Positions 40,517-49,520 of a DNA stretch of 64,000 nt are shown here, piece after piece. This DNA is from Betaproteobacteria bacterium (GTDB taxonomy: Bacteria > Pseudomonadota > Gammaproteobacteria > Burkholderiales > Ga0077523): the NCBI GenBank assembly GCA_025350245.1, contig JANXYG010000154.1, positions 1,593 through 65,592 on the forward strand, written 5' to 3'. The notes under the pieces are model-generated. The model saw nothing but the letters and a program-made list of their open reading frames with translations. It did no database searches and was not told the DNA's origin. How positions within the stretch are numbered: position 1 is the first letter of the stretch; the number at the start of each line of letters is the position of its first letter. The position numbers were made by a program, and so were the translations under genes.

Positions 40517-42451
40517 TCAAGGGTCCGGCGTCACCGCCACGCTACTGCCGCGCGGCGTGATCACGCCGATCCGGGCGCGCAGTGTCGTCTGCGAGTGCCC
40601 GAACTGGCGTGCATAGTGTGCCGCGTTGGCCATGACCTTGCGCACGTACTCGCGCGTTTCGGTGAAAGGGATGGTGTCGATGTACACGGCGCCTTCCAGG
40701 GAGTGCGCACCGCGCCAGTTCTGGGCGCGGCTGGCGCCGGCGTTGTAGGCCGCCGATGCCAGTACCGGACTGTTATCCAGGTGCGTGAGCATCTGTTTCA
40801 TGTAGTAGGTGCCGAAGGCGACATTGGCGTCGACCCCGTCTTCGACCGCGGGGCGCCACGCCTTGACGCCGAGCTTGCCCGCGATCCAGCGCGCGGTCGC
40901 GGGCATGATCTGCATGAGGCCGGCCGCGCCCGCTGCCGAGTGCGCCGTGACGACGAAACGGCTTTCCTGCCGCACCAGCCCGTAGACCCAGGCTTCGTCG
41001 AGGTCGAGCTGGCGCGCCGAGGCACGCAGCAGATCGGTGTAGGGGGCCGGATAGCGCAACTCCAGGTTCACGAGCTTCTTCGAGCGCTCAGCGGTCGCGA
41101 TGGCGCGTTCGTACCATCCTTCGCGTCGCGCGAGCTCGGCCGCCGCCAGCAATAGCGGGTCATCGAGCGTCTTCACGGTCCAGATCCATTCGAGATTGCC
41201 CTCATAGCGCAGCCCCAGCCGGTAGAAAGCGAGCGCCCGCCGCAGTCCGGGCATCCGGGACACGATGGCGATATCCGTTTCCGGCGCCCGGTAGTTGGCG
41301 ACCGGCGCCGACAATTGGGTGCCGAGATCGGCAACGGCGAGCTGGCCGTGAAAATCGGATTCGGCGGCGAGCACCGCGAGCATCGCGGTGGCCTCCATCT
41401 GCCGGCCGACGTTCGCCAGTGAGCGTGCATGCCAGTAGCGCCACACCGGCCGTTCTCGCTCGTCCGTGCTCATGGCGTCGATCGTCGCCAGCAGTGGCAC
41501 CCACTCGCCATTGCGCAGGGCGGCCCGCGCCTTCCAGCCGAGTTGGACATCGCTCATCGGCGCATCCCCGGCATCGGCAAACCAGCCCGATGCCTCGGGC
41601 AGGAGCTTGCGGGCGCCGGCCGTGGCGACCAACACCCAACCATATGCGCGGTCTTCGGGCGCGAAGCCTTTCTGCAGGCGCCGCCAATTGTCTGCGGCTG
41701 CGGACGGCAGGGTGCTCGCGACGCGTCCGAGCGCGAACAGGGCGACCTCCCGCTGTGCCCGCGAATGGGTCGGCACCTGCCGGGCGTCGAGCCATTTCTG
41801 GGGGTTGCGCAAGACGGCATCCACGGTTTTGGGGTCGGGCCGTTTCGCGGCCGGCAGCCATTGGGCGACGCTGCGCGCGACCGACGCGTTGCCAGCCTCG
41901 AACGCGAGACGCAGTCGCGCCCAGACATCGGCCTCGGGTAACGCGCCGGCGTCGGCTACGGTCTGGAACAACCCGGTGCAGGCATCGGGCTGATCCTTGC
42001 CCGTGAGCCACAGCGGGCGGGCTGCGGCGAGCGCACTGCGGTCATTGTCGGCGAGGCGGGCCTGCAGCGCGTAGCACTCCAACTGGACACCGCCTTCTGG
42101 CAGCACGGGCGAGTCGCGCGTGAAGCCGGCCCAATCTTTCTGTTGTCCGAGAATGCGCAACCAGTCCGAGCGCAGACGGTTAGCCGGCAATTGGTCTGCA
42201 TAGCGCTCCAGAAACCGATGAACATCGGCGCGTGGCAATTCGCCCAGACGAGCCCGCAACTGCCAGTATTCGACCCAGGGGTACAGGACGTGATCGCGCA
42301 GCGTCGGCGCCAATGCATCGACGCGCGTCGCCTCGCCACGGGTCACCGCCTCGCGCAGTGCGAGGAAGTCGGCGTCGCCCGGGGCAGCGAGCGCGGACGC
42401 GGCGGTCAGCGCGAGCAGCGGAATCCAGCGCACGACCGGCATCCTGGGCAT
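40517..42451 (-). CDS. slt: Soluble lytic murein transglycosylase
   Basis: Signal peptide; RQESRF, GLMQIMP, AAYNAG, IPFTETREYV. Confidence 0.9.
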   Translation of the reverse strand: MPRMPVVRWIPLLALTAASALAAPGDADFLALREAVTRGEATRVDALAPTLRDHVLYPWVEYWQLRARLGELPRADVHRFLERYADQLPANRLRSDWLRILGQQKDWAGFTRDSPVLPEGGVQLECYALQARLADNDRSALAAARPLWLTGKDQPDACTGLFQTVADAGALPEADVWARLRLAFEAGNASVARSVAQWLPAAKRPDPKTVDAVLRNPQKWLDARQVPTHSRAQREVALFALGRVASTLPSAAADNWRRLQKGFAPEDRAYGWVLVATAGARKLLPEASGWFADAGDAPMSDVQLGWKARAALRNGEWVPLLATIDAMSTDERERPVWRYWHARSLANVGRQMEATAMLAVLAAESDFHGQLAVADLGTQLSAPVANYRAPETDIAIVSRMPGLRRALAFYRLGLRYEGNLEWIWTVKTLDDPLLLAAAELARREGWYERAIATAERSKKLVNLELRYPAPYTDLLRASARQLDLDEAWVYGLVRQESRFVVTAHSAAGAAGLMQIMPATARWIAGKLGVKAWRPAVEDGVDANVAFGTYYMKQMLTHLDNSPVLASAAYNAGASRAQNWRGAHSLEGAVYIDTIPFTETREYVRKVMANAAHYARQFGHSQTTLRARIGVITPRGSSVAVTPDP

Positions 42452-42470
42452 CAGGGACACACCGTTGGCA

Positions 42471-43979
42471 TCAGAGAAACATCCGGTAGGCGGGGTTGTC
42501 GGATTCGTCCCCGTGCGGATAGTCGAGTTCGCGCAGAAAGCGCCGAAACGCGGCACGGGCGCGTGGCGGAACCTGGATGCCCACCAGCACCCTGCCGTAG
42601 TCGGCGCCGTGGTTGCGGTAGTGGAACAGGCTGATGTTCCACTCGGGACTCAGGCTGTCGAGGAAGCGCATGAGGGCACCCGGACGTTCGGGAAACTCGA
42701 AGCGATACAGCAGTTCGTGTTCCACCCCCGCCGCCCGGCCGCCGACCATGTGCCTCACGTGCAGCTTCGCCAGATCGTTGTCGGTGAAATCGAGCGCCTC
42801 CAGGCCAGCCGCATTCAGCATCCTGACCAGCGCCCGGGGTTCGTCGCGACCGCTGACCTGCAGCCCGACGAACACGTGCGCCTGATCGGCGTCGGCCATG
42901 CGGTAGTTGAACTCGGTGATGCTGCGATTGCCGATCAGACGGCAGAAGCGTCGAAAGCTGCCCGGTTGTTCCGGGATCGTGACCGCGAGCACGGCTTCCC
43001 GGTGCTCGCCGATCTCGGCCTGCTCGGCCACGAAGCGCAGCCGGTCGAAGTTCATGTTGGCGCCGCAGGCGATCGCGACCAGCGTGCGGTTGCGCGCCCG
43101 GTTTCGCTCGGCCCAGGCCTTGGCGCCGGCGACCGCGAGCGCGCCGGCGGGCTCCAGCACCACGCGGGTGTCCTCGAAGACATCCTTGATCGCGGCACAG
43201 ATGGCATCCGTGTCGACGAGGATCATTTCATCGACGTGCAACCGGGCAAGCCGAAAGGTTTCTTCTCCCACCTGTTTCACCGCGACGCCGTCTGCGAACA
43301 GGCCGACCTGCGCCAGCCGCACCCGCTTGCCGGCCGCGAGCGAGCGCGTCATCGCATCCGAATCGACCGGCTCGACGCCGATGATGCGGATTTCCGGCTT
43401 GAGCCGTTTCACGTACGCGCCGATGCCGCCGATGAGGCCCCCGCCGCCGACCGCGACGAAAATCGCGTCGATCGGCCCCGGATGCTGGTGCAGGATCTCG
43501 CGGCCGATGGTGCCCTGGCCTGCAATCACGTCGGGATCGTCGTAGGGATGAATGAAGACCAGCCGGCGCTCGGCCTCGACGACGCGGGCGCGCGCGTAGG
43601 CTTCATCGTAGGAATCGCCAGCCATGATGACCTTGGCGCCGCGCGCCGTGACGGCATCGATCTTGATGCGCGGCGTGGTCACCGGCATCACGATCCACGC
43701 CTTGCACCCGAGCCGCTGCGCCGACAGCGCCACCCCCTGCGCGTGGTTGCCGGCCGATGCCGCAATCACCCCCCGCCTGAGTTCGGCCGGGGTGAGTTGC
43801 GCCATTTTGTTGTAGGCCCCCCGGATCTTGAAGCTGAAGACCGGTTGCAGGTCTTCGCGCTTGAGCAGAACCCGGTTGCCGATGCGAGCCGACAGCAGTG
43901 GCGCCAGTTCGAGCGGCGTCTCGACCGCGACGTCGTAGACCTTGGCGGTGAGGATGCGAGTGAGGTAGTCGTCTGGCAT
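42471..43979 (-). CDS. ilvA: Threonine ammonia-lyase, biosynthetic
   Basis: KREDLQPVFSFKIRGA, SAGNHAQG, GANMNF, C-terminal ACT-like domains. Confidence 0.96.
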   Translation of the reverse strand: MPDDYLTRILTAKVYDVAVETPLELAPLLSARIGNRVLLKREDLQPVFSFKIRGAYNKMAQLTPAELRRGVIAASAGNHAQGVALSAQRLGCKAWIVMPVTTPRIKIDAVTARGAKVIMAGDSYDEAYARARVVEAERRLVFIHPYDDPDVIAGQGTIGREILHQHPGPIDAIFVAVGGGGLIGGIGAYVKRLKPEIRIIGVEPVDSDAMTRSLAAGKRVRLAQVGLFADGVAVKQVGEETFRLARLHVDEMILVDTDAICAAIKDVFEDTRVVLEPAGALAVAGAKAWAERNRARNRTLVAIACGANMNFDRLRFVAEQAEIGEHREAVLAVTIPEQPGSFRRFCRLIGNRSITEFNYRMADADQAHVFVGLQVSGRDEPRALVRMLNAAGLEALDFTDNDLAKLHVRHMVGGRAAGVEHELLYRFEFPERPGALMRFLDSLSPEWNISLFHYRNHGADYGRVLVGIQVPPRARAAFRRFLRELDYPHGDESDNPAYRMFL

Positions 43980-44112
43980 CGGGCCGGGATGTCCGGGATG
44001 GGACGCAAGGGTAGCAGAGCGGCGGCACGTCGCGGCAGCGCCGTTTGCTCCCGGTTGAGGTGCGACGCCGCAGCGGTTATCGTCCCGGGTCGGCATCTCC
44101 TCGAGCAGGCTC

Positions 44113-44772
44113 ATGACCCAGGAAGAACAGAAGAAGGCCGTGGCCGAAGCCGCCATCGCCCATATTCCGGCGGACGCGGTGATCGGCGTCGGTACCGGTT
44201 CCACCGCGAACCACTTCATCGCGGCGCTGGCGCGCATCCGCGGTCGTATTCCCGGTGCAGTGGCCAGTTCGGAAGCCACGGCCGGGCGTCTGCGCGCGCT
44301 TCATATCCCGGTGCTCGATCTCAACATGGTCGGCGAACTACCGGTCTACTTCGATGGCGCGGACGAAGTCACGGAACGTCTGGAAATGACCAAGGGCGGC
44401 GGTGGCGCCCTGACCCGGGAGAAGATCGTCGCGGCGGTCGCGGACCGCTTCATCTGCCTGGTCGACGAGTCGAAGCTGGTGGCACGGCTCGGCGCCTTTC
44501 CGCTGCCGGTCGAGGTGATTCCCATGGCGCGCTCCTATGTCGCCAGGCGCCTGGTCCGTCTCGGTGGCCGACCGGTGTGGCGCCAGGGGTTCGTCACCGA
44601 CAACGGTAACGATATCGTCGACGTCCACGGGCTGGTCATCACCGATGCTGCGGCGCTCGAGGCCGCAATCGGTCAACTGGCGGGCGTGGTCACGGTCGGG
44701 CTGTTCGCGTGCCGCCCGGCAGACCTTTTGCTGGTCGCAACCCCTGGGGGCGTTCGAACACTTTCGCGTTAG
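44113..44772 (+). CDS. rpiA: Ribose-5-phosphate isomerase A
   Basis: [24 protein letters not shown]. Confidence 0.96.
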   Translation: MTQEEQKKAVAEAAIAHIPADAVIGVGTGSTANHFIAALARIRGRIPGAVASSEATAGRLRALHIPVLDLNMVGELPVYFDGADEVTERLEMTKGGGGALTREKIVAAVADRFICLVDESKLVARLGAFPLPVEVIPMARSYVARRLVRLGGRPVWRQGFVTDNGNDIVDVHGLVITDAAALEAAIGQLAGVVTVGLFACRPADLLLVATPGGVRTLSR

Positions 44773-44788
44773 ACTCCAACCGGGCTTT

Positions 44789-44822
44789 TTGCAACGAACC
44801 TGTCATGGGGCGCGGCTAGACT
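44789..44822 (+). promoter_or_regulatory. Putative Pho box and -10 element upstream of phoU
   Basis: TTGCAAC-GAAC-CTGTCAT (11-bp period, second half consensus), then TAGACT 10 nt later. Confidence 0.5.
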
Positions 44823-44872
44823 GCGCCGATGGGTTGCGACGTTCCGAGGGTCCCAAGGAGGGGCTTGCCGCC

Positions 44873-45580
44873 ATGAGAAATTCCGAACACACATCCAAGC
44901 AGTTCGACGCCGAGCTCGAGGCGGTGCGCGTCCGCGTGCTGCAGATGGGCGGCCTGGTCGAGGAGCAGATCAAGCTCGCGGTCGAGGCGCTGGTGTCCGG
45001 CGACTTCGATCTGAGCAACCGGGTGATCGAGAACGACCGCCAGGTCAACGGTCTCGAAGTGGCCATCGACGAGGACTGCAGCACCATCATCGCGCGCCGC
45101 CAGCCCACCGCCGGCGACCTGCGCATGATCATGACCGTGCTCAAGACCATCACCGATCTCGAGCGCATCGGCGACGAAGCCGCGAAGATCGCCCGCATGG
45201 CCAAGCTGGTCAATTCCAGCGACCGGTTGCAGCAGCCCCGGTTCAACGAGATTCGCCGCATGGCCGGGATCGCCACCGAGATGCTGCACAAGTCGCTCGA
45301 TGCCTTTGCCCGGCTCGACCTGCACACCTCGGCCGATGTCGTGCGTCAGGATCAGCATGTGGACGAGGAGTTCCGCTCCATCGTTCGCCAACTCATCACG
45401 TTCATGATGGAAGATCCGCGCACCATCAGCGCGTCGATCGAGATCCTGTTCATCGCCAAGGCGATCGAACGCATCGGTGACCACTCCAAGAACATCTCCG
45501 AATACGTCATCTACATGGTCAAGGGCAAAGATATGCGCCACGTGAGCGTCGAGGAAATCGAGCGCGAGGTCATGGGCTAG
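44873..45580 (+). CDS. phoU: Phosphate signalling complex protein
   Basis: HTSKQFD, RQPTAGDLR, DLERIGDEA, ERIGDH..NI.E. Confidence 0.96.
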   Translation: MRNSEHTSKQFDAELEAVRVRVLQMGGLVEEQIKLAVEALVSGDFDLSNRVIENDRQVNGLEVAIDEDCSTIIARRQPTAGDLRMIMTVLKTITDLERIGDEAAKIARMAKLVNSSDRLQQPRFNEIRRMAGIATEMLHKSLDAFARLDLHTSADVVRQDQHVDEEFRSIVRQLITFMMEDPRTISASIEILFIAKAIERIGDHSKNISEYVIYMVKGKDMRHVSVEEIEREVMG

Positions 45581-45589
45581 TGAGCAGTA

Positions 45590-45703
45590 CACTTCCCAGG
45601 CTTGCGCTGCGCTGCGCTGCGCCTTCCCCCCACTGGGGAGCGCAACATTCTTCGGGGAGCCCTGCAGAAGTTGCCCCTTCGCTTCCGGTGGGCCCTTCGT
45701 TCA
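45590..45703 (+). repeat. Dispersed hairpin repeat, copy 3
   Basis: CACTTCCCAGGCTTGCGCTGCGCTGCGCTGCGCCTTCCCCCCACTGGGGAGCGC...GGGGAGCCCTG...GCCCCTTCGCTT...CCTTCGTTCA. Confidence 0.8.
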
Positions 45704-45756
45704 GATCTGCTGAGAGCCGCTGTTCCGAACCGGCAGCTTGTCGCCTGCCTGACTGA

Positions 45757-47310
45757 ATGGTGGAAACCGCAGTCGCCGCGCGGGTCCCCGCATCGGCCAG
45801 CGACATCCGTTCGCTGGTAGCGGCGGTCGATCTCGGGTCGAACAGCTTCAGGCTGCAGGTTGCCCGGGTCGTCGAAGACCAGATCTACCCGCTCGACAGT
45901 CTACGGGAGCCCGTCCGGCTCGCGGCTGGCCTCACCGCCGACAAGCGCCTCGACGAGGCATCCCAGCAACGCGCGCTCGACGCCTTGCACCGTTTCGGCG
46001 AGCGCCTGCGCGGGTTTCAGCCAGATGCTGTGCGGGCGGTGGGCACCAACACCTTGCGGGTGGCCAAGAACGCGAAGGATTTCCTGGCGCGGGCCCAGTC
46101 CGCGCTGGGCTTTCCGATCGATATCGTCGCCGGCAAGGAAGAGGCGCGCCTGATCTATCTGGGCGTATCCCACAGCCTTCCCCCCACCACCGAGAATCGC
46201 CTGGTGGTGGATATCGGCGGCGGTTCCACCGAGTTCATCATCGGCAGCGGCTACCGGCCGCAGAAGCTCGAGAGCCTCTACATGGGCTGCGTGAGCTTCA
46301 CCCTGCGCTATTTCGGCGATGGCCGCATCACCAAGAACGCGCTCAAACAGGCCGAACTGGCGGCGCGCATCGAATTGCAGACCATCGAGCGCGAATTCGA
46401 CCGCGGCCACTGGAAACAGGCGGTCGGCTCGTCCGGCACGGCGCGGGCGATCGGGGACCTGATCGCCGCCAATGGCTGGGGCGATGGCAGCGTCACCGCC
46501 GACGGGATCGAGAAGCTCCGTACCCTGCTGCTCAAGGTGGGCGATGTCGATCGCATCGTGATGCCCGGCCTGAGGCAGGATCGCGCGCAGGTGCTGCCGG
46601 GCGGATTCGCCATCATGCTTGCCGTGTTCGAGGAACTCGGCGTGCAGCGCATGACGCTTGCCAATGGCGCCATGCGCCAGGGCATCCTCTACGACATGCT
46701 CGGGCGTTTTCACCACCAGGACATGCGCGACATCACCGTGCGCCAGTTCATGAAGCGCTATCACGTCGATCTGGCGCAGGGGCAGCGGGTCGAGTCGATG
46801 GCGCTCGAGTTCTACCGGGCGCTGGCCGGCCGTGACGACGAGACCGCGCGCCACCTGATCTCCTGGGCTGCGCGCCTGCACGAGATCGGTCTCATGGTTG
46901 CGCATACCGGCTACCACAAGCATTCGGCATACATCATCGGCAACGGCGACATGCCGGGTTTCTCGCGCATGGAGCAATCGCATCTCGCCTTGCTGGTGCT
47001 GGCCCATCGCGGCACGCTCGAGAAGATCCGCGTGCAGGTCGCGGGGGTTGCCGACTGGCCGATCATCATGTCGTTGCGCCTGGCCTGCCTGTTCCATCGC
47101 AGCCGCGGGCCGCTGGTGCTGCCGACGATCCAGGCCAGTCACCGCGATCGTGCTTTCAAGGTCGACTTGCCTGCCGACTGGCTGCAGCGTTATCCGCTGA
47201 CGGCTGCGGCGCTGCGCAGCGAGATCCGGGAATGGCGAGCGATCGGCTTCGACCTGTCGATTCCCTCCCTTGCCGAGAGCGACAGCGGTTTCGATCCGGC
47301 CACCGATTGA
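45757..47310 (+). CDS. ppx: Exopolyphosphatase
   Basis: VDLGSNSF, GKEEARLIY, DIGGGSTE, LHEIG, YHKHSAYI. Confidence 0.95.
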   Translation: MVETAVAARVPASASDIRSLVAAVDLGSNSFRLQVARVVEDQIYPLDSLREPVRLAAGLTADKRLDEASQQRALDALHRFGERLRGFQPDAVRAVGTNTLRVAKNAKDFLARAQSALGFPIDIVAGKEEARLIYLGVSHSLPPTTENRLVVDIGGGSTEFIIGSGYRPQKLESLYMGCVSFTLRYFGDGRITKNALKQAELAARIELQTIEREFDRGHWKQAVGSSGTARAIGDLIAANGWGDGSVTADGIEKLRTLLLKVGDVDRIVMPGLRQDRAQVLPGGFAIMLAVFEELGVQRMTLANGAMRQGILYDMLGRFHHQDMRDITVRQFMKRYHVDLAQGQRVESMALEFYRALAGRDDETARHLISWAARLHEIGLMVAHTGYHKHSAYIIGNGDMPGFSRMEQSHLALLVLAHRGTLEKIRVQVAGVADWPIIMSLRLACLFHRSRGPLVLPTIQASHRDRAFKVDLPADWLQRYPLTAAALRSEIREWRAIGFDLSIPSLAESDSGFDPATD

Positions 47311-47333
47311 GCCGGTTTCGCCCAACCTGGTCC

Positions 47334-47408
47334 GCATCCGCAGGGTTCCCTGAGGAATGCGGCGCCTCTTTGAGGGGGAAGGCGCAGCGCAGCCTGGGGG
47401 TGGACGTC
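47334..47408 (-). repeat. Dispersed hairpin repeat, copy 4
   Basis: Reverse complement GACGTCCACCCCCAGGCTGCGCTGCGCCTTCCCCCTCAAAGAGGCGCCGCATTCCTCAGGGAACCCTGCGG. Confidence 0.82.
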
Positions 47409-47414
47409 TACTCT

Positions 47415-47867
47415 CTAGAGAAAATCCGGGTTCACTACCGCCCGTACTACCACCTGCGCCGATTCACCGCGCACCCGGTGGGTCAACCACCACACGCCAC
47501 CTTTCTTGACGCTGAAGTCCATCGACTCGCCGGCCAGCAGCAGCGCGGCGGTCTCCCCGAGCGTCGGCTGATGGCCTACGATCAGCGCCGCGGTGCGGGC
47601 GTCTGGCCAACCGGCCGCGCCGAGCACCGCCGCGGTCGCGCAGCCGGGCGCGATGGCGGCGACGGTTTCGAAGGTGTCGCTCAATGCCCGCGCGGTTTCC
47701 TGCGCTCTGGTCGCTGGGCTGACCAGGATTCGGGTCTGCTTCGGCATGTGTTCGCGCAGCCACGCAGCGATGGCTGCTGCCTGGCGATGCCCTTTGGGCG
47801 TGAGCTTGCGGGCCATGTCAGGGAGGCTGTCGAAGGCTTCGGCATGACGCCAGAGAATGAGGTCCAT
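47415..47867 (-). CDS. sixA: Phosphohistidine phosphatase SixA family
   Basis: LILWRHAEA, SPATRAQET, VGHQP. Confidence 0.88.
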   Translation of the reverse strand: MDLILWRHAEAFDSLPDMARKLTPKGHRQAAAIAAWLREHMPKQTRILVSPATRAQETARALSDTFETVAAIAPGCATAAVLGAAGWPDARTAALIVGHQPTLGETAALLLAGESMDFSVKKGGVWWLTHRVRGESAQVVVRAVVNPDFL

Positions 47868-47896
47868 GGGATTGCCTTACGGGTGCGGGTCGGGTG

Positions 47897-49426
47897 TCAC
47901 CAGAAAGGCCTGGCGGCCTCGAAACGCCGCCAGGCCGTACCGAGGTGGGCCATGTCGGTGATTGTCCTCGCCGCGGTCCAGCCCAGCACGATGCCACCCG
48001 CCCGTCTCAGATCGGCGGTGTCCTGTCCGATTCCATCCAGCAGGTGGCCGGTGGTGGTCGCGTCGTTGAGTTGCCCGAGCAGCTCCTGGAGATCGGCGGC
48101 GCCACCGAGAAAGGCACGCACCGCGCGCCGCGGATACAGGCTCTCGAAAAACTCCACCGCGTAGCGCAGCTTCTTGATTTCGATGCGCAGGGCATGCAGT
48201 TCATCGGTGGTGAGCGATGCGAGCGTCTTGCCATGACGCCGGACGCGCCGCAGTTGCCGGGTGAACAGGGTCGCCGCGAATTCCCGCGCCGGGCCATCGC
48301 CCAGTGCCTGCGCCGACGCGGCGAGCGCCGTGCGCCACGGTCGACTCGCGAGCAATCGTCCGAACTCGATCAGCATCGCGGTGTAGGCGGGCGCCGCGAT
48401 CGTGGCAATGGCTTCGTTCCTGCGCATGGCACGTAGCGTGGCAGCGTCTTGTGACAGCGATGCGATGCCGGCATCGGCGGCGAAGGCGTGTTGCACCGCC
48501 GGCAGGGTCTCGGTGACGAACACGTCCCAGTCGCGGGCTGCGCCGAGCGTTGCGCCGACGCGTTGGACCTCCGCCAGGGTGGTCGCGACGGCTGCGCGCG
48601 GGACGATCGTGCGGAACAGGCCGAAGGCCGATCGCAATCGGCGGATGGCGACCCGCGCCTGATGGATGTATTCGATGTCGTCGCTGCCGATCACCCCGCG
48701 GTCGTTGGCGACCAGTTGCTGCAGGCAACTGCGGGCGATGGCGACGAATGCGTCGTCACTGCTTGCTGTCCGCGCGATCACCGGAGACACCGCCCGCTCC
48801 GGTGCCGCCGGTTTCGGCGTCAGCAATGCGAACCCGCGTGCTGCCTTGCTTTCCATGCCGATGGTGAACGGCACGTACTCCAGCAGGCGTAGCGCGAACG
48901 CGAACAGCGCGTCCGCTTCTCCCTCGCGAAGCTCCAGTTCCAGCTCGCAGATCGGTTCGCGCGCATCCCCGGCCACGATAGTGCCGCGATCGACCGCGAA
49001 CTCGGCCGACATGCCGGGCGCCACCTCGATCAGCCGCGCAGTGCGTCTGAAGTCGGTCACGAACATCGGTCGCAAGCGCTCGCGAAAGGCCGCCCGCGAG
49101 GCCAGCTTTGCCGCCGGCGTGCGCGCGAGAGCGGCGAAGTTGAGTAATGGCACCGGGAGCGCGATTTCGTATTCGTCGTTCCGATGCAAGCCCGTCTGCG
49201 CCCCGCCGCCGGCCTTGAGTGTCTGGACCCAGCGCCCGCCGAGACGGCGCAGGCGCAGCGCCATGCCTTGGCTCGCCAGATCGCGCTCGGGCGTGTCGTA
49301 GTAGACGTTGTAGACGCGACGGGTGACGGGCCGAGAGCGCGTCGCGGCGATGAGCGGCGCACAGCGCGCCAGCTTGCCCATGTGCGCCGGCGCGATGCTC
49401 AGCTTGAGCTCGATCTCGATGCTCAC
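47897..49426 (-). CDS. CYTH + CHAD domain protein (triphosphatase/polyP-binding)
   Basis: EIELKL, YYDTP, LRLR, ELELEL; CHAD HQARVAIRRLR, LHALRIEIKKLRY. Confidence 0.92.
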   Translation of the reverse strand: MSIEIELKLSIAPAHMGKLARCAPLIAATRSRPVTRRVYNVYYDTPERDLASQGMALRLRRLGGRWVQTLKAGGGAQTGLHRNDEYEIALPVPLLNFAALARTPAAKLASRAAFRERLRPMFVTDFRRTARLIEVAPGMSAEFAVDRGTIVAGDAREPICELELELREGEADALFAFALRLLEYVPFTIGMESKAARGFALLTPKPAAPERAVSPVIARTASSDDAFVAIARSCLQQLVANDRGVIGSDDIEYIHQARVAIRRLRSAFGLFRTIVPRAAVATTLAEVQRVGATLGAARDWDVFVTETLPAVQHAFAADAGIASLSQDAATLRAMRRNEAIATIAAPAYTAMLIEFGRLLASRPWRTALAASAQALGDGPAREFAATLFTRQLRRVRRHGKTLASLTTDELHALRIEIKKLRYAVEFFESLYPRRAVRAFLGGAADLQELLGQLNDATTTGHLLDGIGQDTADLRRAGGIVLGWTAARTITDMAHLGTAWRRFEAARPFW

Positions 49427-49520
49427 GGAGCGACGCGGATGGCGGATAGGCGCATCGGTGCAGTGTAGCCGAGCCGAAGCGTTCGACGGCCCGGATCGCC
49501 CGGCTCGGTCTGCGCCGAGG